A program made the position numbers and the translations under genes. The notes beneath the pieces were generated by a model. It saw only the letters and a program-made list of their open reading frames with translations. It was not told the DNA's origin and searched no databases. Of a DNA stretch of 47,298 bases, positions 33,861-42,914 are shown one piece after another. Source of the DNA: Minisyncoccota bacterium (lineage in GTDB: Bacteria > Patescibacteriota > Minisyncoccia > Phycocordibacterales > UBA9973); contig JAENWX010000001.1 of assembly GCA_016649835.1 (NCBI GenBank), positions 1 through 47,298 of the forward strand, read 5' to 3'. Position 1 is the first letter of the stretch; each line of letters starts with the position of its first letter.

Positions 33861-35204
33861 ATAAATTTATCAAAAATTAAAAACGTGCACTTTATAGGTA
33901 TAGGAGGTATCGGTATTTCGGCGATTGCTCGAATGATGCTTCATGATGGAAAAATAATAACAGGACAGGACATGCAAGAAGGAGAAGTGGTGAGTGAGCT
34001 TGTTAAGCTTGGAGTTGATATTAAAATAGGGCAATCATATGAAAATATTCCTTTAGATACAGATTTAATAGTTTACACTATTGCCATAGATAATTATGAC
34101 CCAGATTTAGCCTTAAAAATAAAGACTCAAATAGAAATTCCAGTTCGCTCATATCCTGAAATGTTAAATATTGTAAGCCGTGACAAATTTACCATTGCTG
34201 TTTCTGGGACTCATGGAAAGACAACTACAACGGCAATGATAGCTCAAATTCTAGGAGGAGTAGGATATGATCCAACTGTGATAGTAGGTAGTTTGCTTAT
34301 AGGAGACCCTAATCATTCCGATGACGGACAAGGAAAAAGTAATTTTATTTCAGGTAAAAGTAAATATTTAGTAGTAGAAGCTTGTGAATATCGCCGTTCA
34401 TTTTTAAATATAAATCCTAAAATTTTAATAATCACAAATATTGATAGTGACCATTTGGACTATTATAAAGACATAGAAGATATCAAAAATGCTTTCCACG
34501 AGATGGCTATGAAGGTCCCAGCCGATGGATACGTTGTTTGTAATCCAGATGATGAAAATATTTCAGATGTAATAAAAAATATAAATGCAAAAGTTATAAA
34601 TTGGAATGATTATTTTAATTTAAATTTAAAATTAAAAATACCAGGGATTCACAATAAAAAAGATGCAGCAGCAGCTATAGCTACTTCAGAAATTATTGGA
34701 ATATCAAAAAATGATGCAGAAAAAAACATTGGTGAATTTATGGGTACATGGAAAAGATTTGAATTTAAGGGGACACTGTCCCAAGGTTCACTTGTCTACG
34801 ATGACTATGCTCACCACCCAACAGAAATAAAAGCATCATTGGAGGGTTTTAGAGAGTTGTTTCCTAAAAATCAAGGCTGGAAAATTAATGTTATATTTCA
34901 GCCACATTTGTTTAGTCGCACAAAATTACTTTTGTCAGATTTTGCAACAAGCTTTGGTGATGCAGATGAAGTTATTCTTTTGCCTATTTATTATGCGAGA
35001 GAAATAGACGACGGAAGCATAAGCTCGGAAATTTTAAAAAATGAAATAAATAAAAATACAAACAATTCAAAGTCTTTTAAAGATTTTGAAAGTGCAGAGC
35101 AATATTTAAAAGAGAGTCTTTCTAGTATGAATGAAAAAAATATTATAATCACAATGGGAGCAGGGGAAGCCTCAAAAGTTGGAGATTTTCTTTTGAAACT
35201 ATAA
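33816..35204 (+). CDS. murC: UDP-N-acetylmuramate--L-alanine ligase
   Basis: 462 aa. HFIGIGGIGISAIA, VSGTHGKTTTT, and YAHHPTE motifs. The first ~15 codons lie inside the repeat cassette, so the start is uncertain. Confidence 0.9.
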   Translation: MLDSKNNDRDLFLNGINLSKIKNVHFIGIGGIGISAIARMMLHDGKIITGQDMQEGEVVSELVKLGVDIKIGQSYENIPLDTDLIVYTIAIDNYDPDLALKIKTQIEIPVRSYPEMLNIVSRDKFTIAVSGTHGKTTTTAMIAQILGGVGYDPTVIVGSLLIGDPNHSDDGQGKSNFISGKSKYLVVEACEYRRSFLNINPKILIITNIDSDHLDYYKDIEDIKNAFHEMAMKVPADGYVVCNPDDENISDVIKNINAKVINWNDYFNLNLKLKIPGIHNKKDAAAAIATSEIIGISKNDAEKNIGEFMGTWKRFEFKGTLSQGSLVYDDYAHHPTEIKASLEGFRELFPKNQGWKINVIFQPHLFSRTKLLLSDFATSFGDADEVILLPIYYAREIDDGSISSEILKNEINKNTNNSKSFKDFESAEQYLKESLSSMNEKNIIITMGAGEASKVGDFLLKL

Positions 35205-35250
35205 AATGATTACAAATTAAGAAAAATAATAGTATAATAATACTACAATT

Positions 35251-36108
35251 ATGAAAAAACACATTTTATCGATATTTATTATTTTTACTTTGTTTTTGTC
35301 TTTACCTCAGTATATAGAAGCAGTTACTAACACGGGCTTTATTCCTGGGCAAATTTGGTATTCTAAGGAAACTCTAGTAGAAGGAGAAACAGTAAATATT
35401 CATACAGCCGTTTGGAATGGAGAGAAGGAATCCTTTATGTTTAAGGTAGAATTTTATGACAAAAATATTATTTTAGGAACAAGAGAAGTTTCGTTAAAAT
35501 CTCTAGAATTAAAAGATGTTTATATCCCATGGAAAATTACAGCAGGAGACCATATTATATCTGCTAAAATTATATCCTCATCTATAAATAATTCTGGTAC
35601 TATAGAAAAAATTACTATCAATAGAAACACCACTTCCAGTGATAAGCAGTTTATTCCAGTATTAGTTAAAAATTATTTAGATCAACCTCTATCAGAAACC
35701 GATGCTCTTAAAATTCAAATAGAAAAAACAAGCGCTGAAATAAATAATTTTGTTCCTGAAGAAATCAGCTCAACCATCTCAACAAGTTTTAATGCTATAG
35801 ATGATTTAAGAGGCACAACTTTTATAAAAATAGATGAAGCAAAAGAAGAAGCAAAGATAGAGTTAGATTTACTAAAAAAAGGAGAAGGAGTTGCTGTTAG
35901 TACAACAGACAAAAAAACTAGTGTTGATAATTCTACTCAAAAAACAAACATTGAGGACGCTATTAAAAAACCTATTACATATTTAAAACTTTTCTTTTTA
36001 TCAGTACTGTCTTTCGTTTTTGGAAATAAATTTGTATTCTACATCCTACTAACGCTTCTTGTTTTTTTAATTTTACGTACTATTTATCGTAAAATAAGAA
36101 ACAGATAA
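35251..36108 (+). CDS. Hypothetical exported protein with C-terminal TM anchor
   Basis: 285 aa with an N-terminal signal-like helix and a C-terminal hydrophobic helix followed by a basic tail. Confidence 0.4.
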   Translation: MKKHILSIFIIFTLFLSLPQYIEAVTNTGFIPGQIWYSKETLVEGETVNIHTAVWNGEKESFMFKVEFYDKNIILGTREVSLKSLELKDVYIPWKITAGDHIISAKIISSSINNSGTIEKITINRNTTSSDKQFIPVLVKNYLDQPLSETDALKIQIEKTSAEINNFVPEEISSTISTSFNAIDDLRGTTFIKIDEAKEEAKIELDLLKKGEGVAVSTTDKKTSVDNSTQKTNIEDAIKKPITYLKLFFLSVLSFVFGNKFVFYILLTLLVFLILRTIYRKIRNR

Positions 36109-36148
36109 TATATTTGTCAACATCGGCTTTTTACAGTATAATCCTATT

Positions 36149-36418
36149 ATGAAAAGGGTTATTTTTGATATTATATTGTTTATATCAGTATTTATTTTTC
36201 CGTGGTGGATTAGTGCTTTGATGCTACTGGTTGGAATATTTATCTTCAACAATTTTTATGAATTTATAGTTGCTAGTGTAATTAATTTTTCTTTATATTC
36301 AACAGGGGATAGTAGAATCATTTCCTCGGTTGTTTATTTCCCTTTAATTATAATTACTATTTATATAACAATTCAATTTATAAAAAGTAATATTATTTTA
36401 TATAAAAATAATATTTAG
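36149..36418 (+). CDS. Hypothetical small membrane protein
   Basis: 89 aa with 3 hydrophobic helices, immediately upstream of mrdA. This is an MreD-like position only; no motif was seen. Confidence 0.35.
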   Translation: MKRVIFDIILFISVFIFPWWISALMLLVGIFIFNNFYEFIVASVINFSLYSTGDSRIISSVVYFPLIIITIYITIQFIKSNIILYKNNI

Positions 36419-36443
36419 TTTAAACCCCCGCCGCCAAAATTAA

Positions 36444-38141
36444 ATGAAATTTCACATAAACAAAAGAAGAATAAAAAAGGATATTGATCCAGATGAAATA
36501 TTCCTTGACTCTAAAAATTTACCAAATTTTAACACACAACAATTTGAAGGCAGACTAGAGAAAGCAATACCAAAACATTCTATTTTCTTAATAGGGTTAT
36601 TTTTTCTTGCAGTAGCGCTTGTTTTTACTTGGCAGCTAGTTAATCTTCAGATAGTTAAGGGTGAAATGTATTTTAATAAAAGTGAAAATAATACTTTAAT
36701 GAAAAAACCTATTTTTGCTGATAGAGGATTAATCTACGATAGAAATGGAGTAATGCTTTCCTGGAACAAATGGGACACTGAAGATATAAATAAATTATCA
36801 TCACCACAAAGAGTGTACACGCCTTCTCTTGGTTTTGGCTTGTTGCTTGGCTATGTTAGTCAGCCAGCAAAAGATTCATCTGGTTATTATTGGCAAGATA
36901 ATTTTATCGGAAAGGATGGTGTTGAAAAATATTTTAATGACTCTCTTACTGGAGAAAATGGTGTACGAATAACAGAAACAGATGTCAGCGGTGCTATCCA
37001 GTCCGAAAATATGATATTACCTCCTGTGGCTGGAGAAAATATTAATCTTTCTATCGATTCTTTAATTCAGAAAAAAATGTATGACTCCATTGCGACTATG
37101 GCAAAAAATTCTAGTTTTATGGGAGGAGCAGGAATTCTTATGGATATAAAATCAGGAGAATTGTTGGCAATAACTAGCTATCCTGAATATGATGGAAATA
37201 TTTTATCTCTTGGTAAAGATACTAAAACAATAAATGGATACTTTTCTGATAAACGTAAAGTATTTTTAAATCGCACTATTTCTGGATTATACAGTCCTGG
37301 GTCAATAGTAAAACCATTTCTAGGTTATGCAGCATTAGTTGAAAATGTTATTAGCCCACTAAAAGTAATACTTTCAAATGGCTCAATTTCAATTCCAAAT
37401 CCATACTTCCCAGAAAAAAGATCCGTTTTTAAAGACCATGGAAGTTTTGGGTATGTTGATATGAGAAAGGCGATAGCTGTATCGTCAGACGTATATTTTT
37501 ACCAAATAGGAGGAGGTTTCGAAAGTCAAAAAGGTTTAGGAATAGTAAACATTGATAAGTATTCAAAAGTATTTGGAATAGGAGAAAAAACAGGTATTAA
37601 TCTTGCTGGAGAAAAAGAGGGAACCATCCCAACCCCAGAATGGAAAACTATAACATTTAAGGGAGAGCCTTGGAGAGTGGGAGATACTTATAATACATCC
37701 ATTGGACAGTACGGATTTCAGGTTACTCCTATACAGATGGCCAAGGCTGTTGCCGGTATTGCAAATATGGGAGAAATTTATACTCCGCATATTACACTTA
37801 ATGATGAAAATTTTAAATCTCCATCCACATCTATTCCAGTTGATCAAAATAATATGAAAGTAATTTTTGAGGGGATGAGAATGGCCGTGACAGAAGGAAC
37901 AACCACTGCTCTTAATTTGCCCACTGTTAAAGTAGCTGCAAAGTCTGGTACTGCTCAGGTTGGTTATGGAAATACAAATACAAACTCTTGGATTATTGGA
38001 TTTTTTCCATATGAGAATCCTAAATATGCTTTTGCTTTGGTTATGGAGAGAGGACCAAAGGCGGCTTCTGGAAACGCCACACGCGTAATGAGTGAAGTTA
38101 TAGACTATATGAGTGTTTATACTCCCGGATATTTAGAATAA
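36444..38141 (+). CDS. mrdA: Penicillin-binding protein 2-type transpeptidase
   Basis: 565 aa. N-terminal TM, SPGSIVKP (SxxK), SSD (in the SxN-motif position), and KSGTAQ (KTG-like). Confidence 0.8.
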   Translation: MKFHINKRRIKKDIDPDEIFLDSKNLPNFNTQQFEGRLEKAIPKHSIFLIGLFFLAVALVFTWQLVNLQIVKGEMYFNKSENNTLMKKPIFADRGLIYDRNGVMLSWNKWDTEDINKLSSPQRVYTPSLGFGLLLGYVSQPAKDSSGYYWQDNFIGKDGVEKYFNDSLTGENGVRITETDVSGAIQSENMILPPVAGENINLSIDSLIQKKMYDSIATMAKNSSFMGGAGILMDIKSGELLAITSYPEYDGNILSLGKDTKTINGYFSDKRKVFLNRTISGLYSPGSIVKPFLGYAALVENVISPLKVILSNGSISIPNPYFPEKRSVFKDHGSFGYVDMRKAIAVSSDVYFYQIGGGFESQKGLGIVNIDKYSKVFGIGEKTGINLAGEKEGTIPTPEWKTITFKGEPWRVGDTYNTSIGQYGFQVTPIQMAKAVAGIANMGEIYTPHITLNDENFKSPSTSIPVDQNNMKVIFEGMRMAVTEGTTTALNLPTVKVAAKSGTAQVGYGNTNTNSWIIGFFPYENPKYAFALVMERGPKAASGNATRVMSEVIDYMSVYTPGYLE

Positions 38142-38159
38142 TTCTTAAATTATAAAATG

Positions 38160-38179
38160 CCTGCCTTCCGGTAGGCAGG
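38160..38179 (+). repeat. CCTGCC...GGCAGG hairpin (intergenic relative of the in-gene hairpin family)
   Basis: CCTGCC-ttccggta-GGCAGG. The T-G position of the in-gene copies is a T-A pair here. Confidence 0.5.
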
Positions 38180-38185
38180 GGTTTA

Positions 38186-38241
38186 CCCCCACACCTATAT
38201 TTATGACAGGCTTTAGCCTGTCATAAATATAGGTGTGGGGG
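38186..38241. repeat. 26-bp perfect palindrome flanked by a GGTTTAC direct repeat
   Basis: CCCCCACACCTATATTTATGACAGGC-ttta-GCCTGTCATAAATATAGGTGTGGGGG, with GGTTTAC at 38179-38185 and 38241-38247. Confidence 0.8.
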
Positions 38242-38403
38242 GTTTACTTATTGGCTAAAAATGAGTAATATAATCTTATTATATATTCCGATATAAGCCA
38301 TTATAAGTGGTAATAATAAGGGGTTTATATTAAGAAGTATTAAACTTTAATTTTATAAGTTAATCAAGGTATTAGAGTCATCGGATTTTATACTTTTACA
38401 ACA

Positions 38404-38868
38404 ATGGATGAAATAAACTACATAACAGAAGAGAAAAAGCTAGCATTACATGAAGAAATTGATTATTTGAAAACAACAAAACGTAAAGAAATACTCGAGT
38501 CACTTGAGTCAGCTCGTGCTCTAGGAGACTTGTCTGAAAATGCAGAATATCATCAAGCCAGAGAAGATCAGGGTAAAACTGAAGACCGCATAAACCAAAT
38601 CAGTCATATGCTTAAATCAGCTATAGTGGTTAAAAAACACTCAAGCTCAAAAGTTGAAATTGGAACTACTGTAAAAGTTAAAAAAGAAAATTTAAAAGAA
38701 GAAATTACATATAGTATGGTAGGTGCAGAAGAAGCAGATATGGCTCATAATAAAATTTCAAATAAATCTCCACTCGGTGAAGCTCTGTTTGGTAAAAAGA
38801 AAGGGGATGTAGTATCTATCAAAACACCCAAAGGACTAGTCAAATACACTCTTATTGATATACAATAG
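38404..38868 (+). CDS. greA: Transcription elongation factor GreA
   Basis: 154 aa. ...ARALGDLSENAEYHQAREDQ... and a C-terminal FKBP-like PLGEALFGKKKGD. Confidence 0.9.
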   Translation: MDEINYITEEKKLALHEEIDYLKTTKRKEILESLESARALGDLSENAEYHQAREDQGKTEDRINQISHMLKSAIVVKKHSSSKVEIGTTVKVKKENLKEEITYSMVGAEEADMAHNKISNKSPLGEALFGKKKGDVVSIKTPKGLVKYTLIDIQ

Positions 38869-38872
38869 AGAT

Positions 38873-40360
38873 ATGGCTTCAATAGAAGAATTACGCAACA
38901 CGCGTATTAACAAAATAGAATTATTAAAAGAGGCGGGTATGGATTCATACCCTGTTTCTGTTCCTCATGATTATTCAATAAAAGAAGTAAAAGATTCTTT
39001 TGATAAGTTAGTATTAACCTCAGAAGAAAAAAATATCTCAATAGTTGGAAGAGTTATTGTTGTCCGAGGACAAGGTGCAATACTTTTTATAGTTCTTCAA
39101 GATGGAGATGAAAGATTTCAAGCAGTGTTGAAAAAAGATTCACTCGATGAAAAATTATTTAATCTATTTGTTGATACTATCGATAATGGAGATTTTGTTT
39201 CTGTGACTGGTTCACTTTTTATTACACAAAGAGGGGAGCAGAGTATTTTAATAAAAGATTGGAAGATGGCTACAAAAGCACTTCTACCACTACCAGACAA
39301 ATGGCACGGACTTCAAGATGTTGAAGAAACTTACCGAAAAAGATATTTAGATATTTTAATGGACAAAGAAGTTTATGATAGATTTGTTTTACGTTCAAAA
39401 ATTATAAAGTTTATAAGAGGATTTTTTGATGATAAAAACTTTTTGGAAGTAGAAACTCCTGTCTTACAACACCAAGCAGGTGGAGCAATGGCAAAAGTTT
39501 TTGAAACTCACCACAATGACTTTGATATGGATATGGTGTTACGCATTGCTTTAGAGCTCGAGCACAAAACTCTTATGGTTGGTGGATATGAAAGAATATA
39601 TGAAATAGGTAAAAACTTCCGCAATGAAGGCTCTGACCCCACACACCTACAAGAGTTTACGATGATGGAATGGTACGCTGCATATGAAAGTCTAGAGACA
39701 AATATGAAGTGGACAGAAGACCTTATTAAGTCCATAGCAACTGATTTATTTAATAAGACTATTTTCAAAGTTTATGATAACGATGGAGTTCTAGTTGAAG
39801 TAGATTTGGCCCTAGAATGGCCTAAAATAACATTTAAAGAGTTATTAGAGAAAGATGCTGGTATAAACATAGAAACAATAACCCTAGAAGAGGCTCAAGC
39901 AGAGGCTCTAAAGTGGGGAGTAAAAGAAGAAGAAGTTAAAAAATTAGGCAGAGGAAACTTGCTTGATAAAATTTATAAAAAATCTTCAAGAGGAAAAATA
40001 ATTAACCCAACTTTCGTTACAGATTTTCCAGGCGATTTAAAGCCTTTAGCTCAGCAAAATAGTAATGGCACTGCAAAAGTTTGTCAGCTTATAATAGCTG
40101 GTGCAGAAATAACAAACCAATACGCAGAATTAGTTAATCCTTTAAAACAAAGAGAGCTTTTAGTCTCTCAATCAAAAGCAAAAGAAGGAGGAGACGAAGA
40201 GGCTATGGACTTTAATGAGGAATTTCTAACTGCTATGGAGCACGGTATGCCCCCTATGACTGGTTTTGGTATGGGTATAGATCGTTTAGTTGCTATTTTA
40301 ACTGAACAGAAAAATCTAAGAGATGTTATTTTCTTTCCAATAATGAAACCGAAAGAATAA
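38873..40360 (+). CDS. lysS: Lysine--tRNA ligase (class II)
   Basis: FRNEGSDPTHLQEFTMMEWY, GFGMGIDRL. Start chosen at ATG 38873 (MASIEEL...) rather than the 38855 start that overlaps greA. Confidence 0.9.
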   Translation: MASIEELRNTRINKIELLKEAGMDSYPVSVPHDYSIKEVKDSFDKLVLTSEEKNISIVGRVIVVRGQGAILFIVLQDGDERFQAVLKKDSLDEKLFNLFVDTIDNGDFVSVTGSLFITQRGEQSILIKDWKMATKALLPLPDKWHGLQDVEETYRKRYLDILMDKEVYDRFVLRSKIIKFIRGFFDDKNFLEVETPVLQHQAGGAMAKVFETHHNDFDMDMVLRIALELEHKTLMVGGYERIYEIGKNFRNEGSDPTHLQEFTMMEWYAAYESLETNMKWTEDLIKSIATDLFNKTIFKVYDNDGVLVEVDLALEWPKITFKELLEKDAGINIETITLEEAQAEALKWGVKEEEVKKLGRGNLLDKIYKKSSRGKIINPTFVTDFPGDLKPLAQQNSNGTAKVCQLIIAGAEITNQYAELVNPLKQRELLVSQSKAKEGGDEEAMDFNEEFLTAMEHGMPPMTGFGMGIDRLVAILTEQKNLRDVIFFPIMKPKE

Positions 40361-40364
40361 AGAT

Positions 40365-40437
40365 AATTACGAATTACGAATTAAAAATTAACCCAGTAGG
40401 TGATTTTACTAAATCAGAATTAAAGATAAAAAATTAA
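40365..40437. repeat. AATTACG/AATTAAA heptamers plus the short form of the 750-812 unit
   Basis: AATTACG AATTACG AATTAAA AATTAAC, then CCAGTAGGTGATTTTACTAAATCAGAATTAAAG. Confidence 0.7.
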
Positions 40438-40466
40438 CTGCCCCAAGCTTCGCTTGGGGCAGTTAA
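40434..40466 (+). terminator. Intrinsic terminator of lysS
   Basis: TTAACTGCCCCAAGC-ttc-GCTTGGGGCAGTTAA followed by TTTT. Confidence 0.8.
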
Positions 40467-40531
40467 TTTTGAGCAGGTTTAAGTTGTATTTAAACCTGCC
40501 AATTTGAGTTTTTAATTTTTAGACAAAAAAT

Positions 40532-40561
40532 AAAACTCAAGCTAATTTTAGCTTGAGTTTT
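40532..40561. terminator. Bidirectional terminator-like hairpin
   Basis: AAAACTCAAGCT-aatttt-AGCTTGAGTTTT, with A/T runs on both sides. Confidence 0.6.
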
Positions 40562-40571
40562 TTGGTGGATT

Positions 40572-40682
40572 TTATTCCGGTTGCTTTTGTTGTTGTTTCC
40601 CGGCAATAGTGCCTGATAGATTTATCTTACTCTTTTCTAAATAAGATTTTTTGTTTTTTTTAGCAGATTTCTTTTTTCCCAT
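40572..40682 (-). CDS. Possible 36-aa highly basic micro-protein (below the ORF-track cutoff)
   Basis: Hand translation: MGKKKSAKKNKKSYLEKSKINLSGTIAGKQQQKQPE. Followed on its strand by the 40532-40561 hairpin. Confidence 0.25.
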   Translation of the reverse strand: MGKKKSAKKNKKSYLEKSKINLSGTIAGKQQQKQPE

Positions 40683-40720
40683 GATTTACTATTTTAATTT
40701 AATTTAACAATATTCTAGAT

Positions 40721-40918
40721 TCAATAAAGTAAGAAATAAGAATCATTTCTTAATTTTAAGATTATGTTTCTATTGTCTTTGATATTTTCTGATGGTTTAT
40801 TATCAAAAGAATGTTTTTTGGATTCTAGGTCTTCTTGTATATCCAAAATATTTTCTACATTATCAAATAAATCATCTGCCCGTGTGCTAAGGTTACTAGA
40901 TTTTACATTTTTTTTCAT
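40721..40918 (-). CDS. Hypothetical protein
   Basis: 65 aa ORF only, with no recognisable motif. Confidence 0.25.
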   Translation of the reverse strand: MKKNVKSSNLSTRADDLFDNVENILDIQEDLESKKHSFDNKPSENIKDNRNIILKLRNDSYFLLY

Positions 40919-41121
40919 AATTATATAATTTAGTTTTTTGATTATACAAGAGTAAAGAGTGTCGGTTTTAATAAATTAAAACCGACACCATTTAAAACCC
41001 ATTTAAATTCATGATCTGCGCCTGCGCAGGATATAAAAGAACGTATTTAAAGTTACATTATTATAATAAAACATATTTTTAATTTAGTCAATATTTAATA
41101 TTAAAGTTATCCACATATTAG

Positions 41122-41188
41122 GTGGGGAGTTGTATTTGTATTGTGGGACAAAGTGGTTTATAATTAACTCAAGTGGGATATAGTGGGA
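41122..41188 (+). promoter_or_regulatory. Pmra-like promoter with phased GTGGG (MraZ-box-like) direct repeats
   Basis: GTGGGA at 41143, 41173 and 41183; GTGGT at 41153 (exact 10-bp phasing); GTGGGG at 41122. TATAAT at 41159-41164 sits in the gap. mraZ starts at 41232. Confidence 0.6.
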
Positions 41189-41231
41189 CAAATATTTTTT
41201 AACAACAATAGCTATATTTCACAATATTATT

Positions 41232-41666
41232 ATGCTCATAGGTGAATACACTCACACATTGGATGACAAGAACAGAATGTCACTACCCGTAAAGTTCCGT
41301 AAGGAGATGGGGAAGAGTGTTGTTGTTGCTCCTGGGCTTGATAATTGTCTTTCAATTTTTACTGCTCGTGAGTGGCAAAAGATTTCAGATAAGTTGTCTG
41401 ACTCTTCTATGCTCGCAAGTGACAACAGAAGTTTTTCGAGATTTATGTTTGGTCAAGCTGTCATTGTAGATGTTGACAGTAATGGTCGAATATTAATCCC
41501 GGAAAATTTAAAAAATCGTTCAAGCCTAACAAACAAGGTGGTTGTTATTGGTGTGCAAAATCGTGCTGAAATCTGGAATGAAAAGGCATGGAACGATTAT
41601 AAAAAAGTAGTTGAAAAACAGGCTGATGCTCTCGCAGATAAATTAGGGCAAATAGGAGTTCTTTAA
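41232..41666 (+). CDS. mraZ: Transcriptional regulator MraZ
   Basis: 144 aa. LDDKNRMSLPVKFR and VDSNGRILIPENL (duplicated SpoVT/AbrB-like DxxxR motifs). Confidence 0.9.
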   Translation: MLIGEYTHTLDDKNRMSLPVKFRKEMGKSVVVAPGLDNCLSIFTAREWQKISDKLSDSSMLASDNRSFSRFMFGQAVIVDVDSNGRILIPENLKNRSSLTNKVVVIGVQNRAEIWNEKAWNDYKKVVEKQADALADKLGQIGVL

Positions 41667-41667
41667 T

Positions 41668-42561
41668 ATGAAACATATTTCTGTATTACTAAACGAATCA
41701 ATCGACGGTTTAAATATTAAATCCGATGATGTAATTGTCGATGGGACTCTCGGAGGGGGAGGACACACACTAGAAATAATTCATCGTTTTGGTTCTAAAG
41801 TAAAAATAATTTGTTTAGATTTAGATTCTGATGCTATAGCCCGCTCTAAAAAATTAATAGATGAGACAGAGTCCAATGTAGCTTATGTAAATATTGGATT
41901 CCAAGACATTGATAAAGCGTTAGATGGCTTAGGGGTTAAAAGTGTAGATAAAATATTGCTTGATTTAGGTCTGAGCTCATTTCAGTTAGAAGAAGGAAAT
42001 AGGGGGTTCTCATTTTCTAAAGACGAACCACTTCTAATGACCATGAACAAGAGTCCACAAAGCGACGATGTTACTGCTTATGGAATAGTAAACACCTGGG
42101 ACGAAGAGACATTGGCAGATATTATATTTGGTTTCGGAGAAGAAAGATTTTCACGCAAAATAGCAAAAGCAATAGTAGCAGCACGTTTAGAAAAAGAGAT
42201 AAAAACTACTTTTGATTTAGTTGAAATAATAGAGAAGACAGTAGGAAAGTTTTATAGAGGCAAAAAGATAAATCCTTCCACTAGAACATTTCAGGCAATC
42301 AGAATAGCAACCAACAGTGAGTTATCAAACTTAGAACAAGTAATACAAAAAGGTTTTAGTTACTTATCACAGGGGGGTCGCATGGCAATAATATCATTTC
42401 ACAGCCTAGAAGACAGAATAGTAAAAAAAGCCTTCGTAGAATTAAAAGAAAAAGGAGAAGCAAACATCATTACTAAAAAACCAATAGTTCCAAGTGATAA
42501 TGAGATAAAGTTAAACCCACGTTCTAGAAGTTCAAAGTTGAGAATAATAGAAAAATTATAA
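41668..42561 (+). CDS. rsmH: 16S rRNA (cytosine1402-N4)-methyltransferase RsmH
   Basis: 297 aa. VDGTLGGGGH, LLDLGLSSFQL, ISFHSLEDRIVK. Confidence 0.9.
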   Translation: MKHISVLLNESIDGLNIKSDDVIVDGTLGGGGHTLEIIHRFGSKVKIICLDLDSDAIARSKKLIDETESNVAYVNIGFQDIDKALDGLGVKSVDKILLDLGLSSFQLEEGNRGFSFSKDEPLLMTMNKSPQSDDVTAYGIVNTWDEETLADIIFGFGEERFSRKIAKAIVAARLEKEIKTTFDLVEIIEKTVGKFYRGKKINPSTRTFQAIRIATNSELSNLEQVIQKGFSYLSQGGRMAIISFHSLEDRIVKKAFVELKEKGEANIITKKPIVPSDNEIKLNPRSRSSKLRIIEKL

Positions 42562-42590
42562 ACCATTAATAAATAATAACATTAAATAAA

Positions 42591-42914
42591 ATGACAAGAG
42601 CAAAAAAAATAACAAACGATATAGCACAAAATATGAATACACAAAAAGTATTGTTACGTATTTTGCTTATTTCTTCAGTGCTGCTATTTTCTGTATATAT
42701 TTATTTGATAGGCTCAATCACTTTCAATGTTGTTGCTCGCAAGTCTTTACAGAAGACTGTTACAGAGCTAACTAGCGATGTAAACAAGTTAGAATTAACA
42801 TATTTAAAAAATATAAATACAATAGACAAAAATTACGCCTTGTCTAAAGGTTTTGTTGATGTAAACCAAAATATATTTGTTGCTAGAAATATTAATACTG
42901 TTGCTATTCGCTAA
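42591..42914 (+). CDS. ftsL: FtsL-like small bitopic division protein
   Basis: 107 aa with one TM, then a coiled segment. Sits in the conserved position between rsmH and ftsI. Confidence 0.5.
   Translation: MTRAKKITNDIAQNMNTQKVLLRILLISSVLLFSVYIYLIGSITFNVVARKSLQKTVTELTSDVNKLELTYLKNINTIDKNYALSKGFVDVNQNIFVARNINTVAIR

Noticed and set aside
36421-36443. The C-rich run CCCCCGCCGCC immediately upstream of the mrdA ATG as another repeat-family member.
   Set aside because: It has no partner arm and no second copy in the window, so there is insufficient evidence for any call.
38855-38872. The lysS start at 38855, overlapping greA by 14 nt.
   Set aside because: ATG 38873 lies 5 nt after the greA stop and begins MASIEELR, a plausible LysRS N-terminus. 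The upstream extension (MIYNRD) adds nothing conserved. This is a low-stakes choice.
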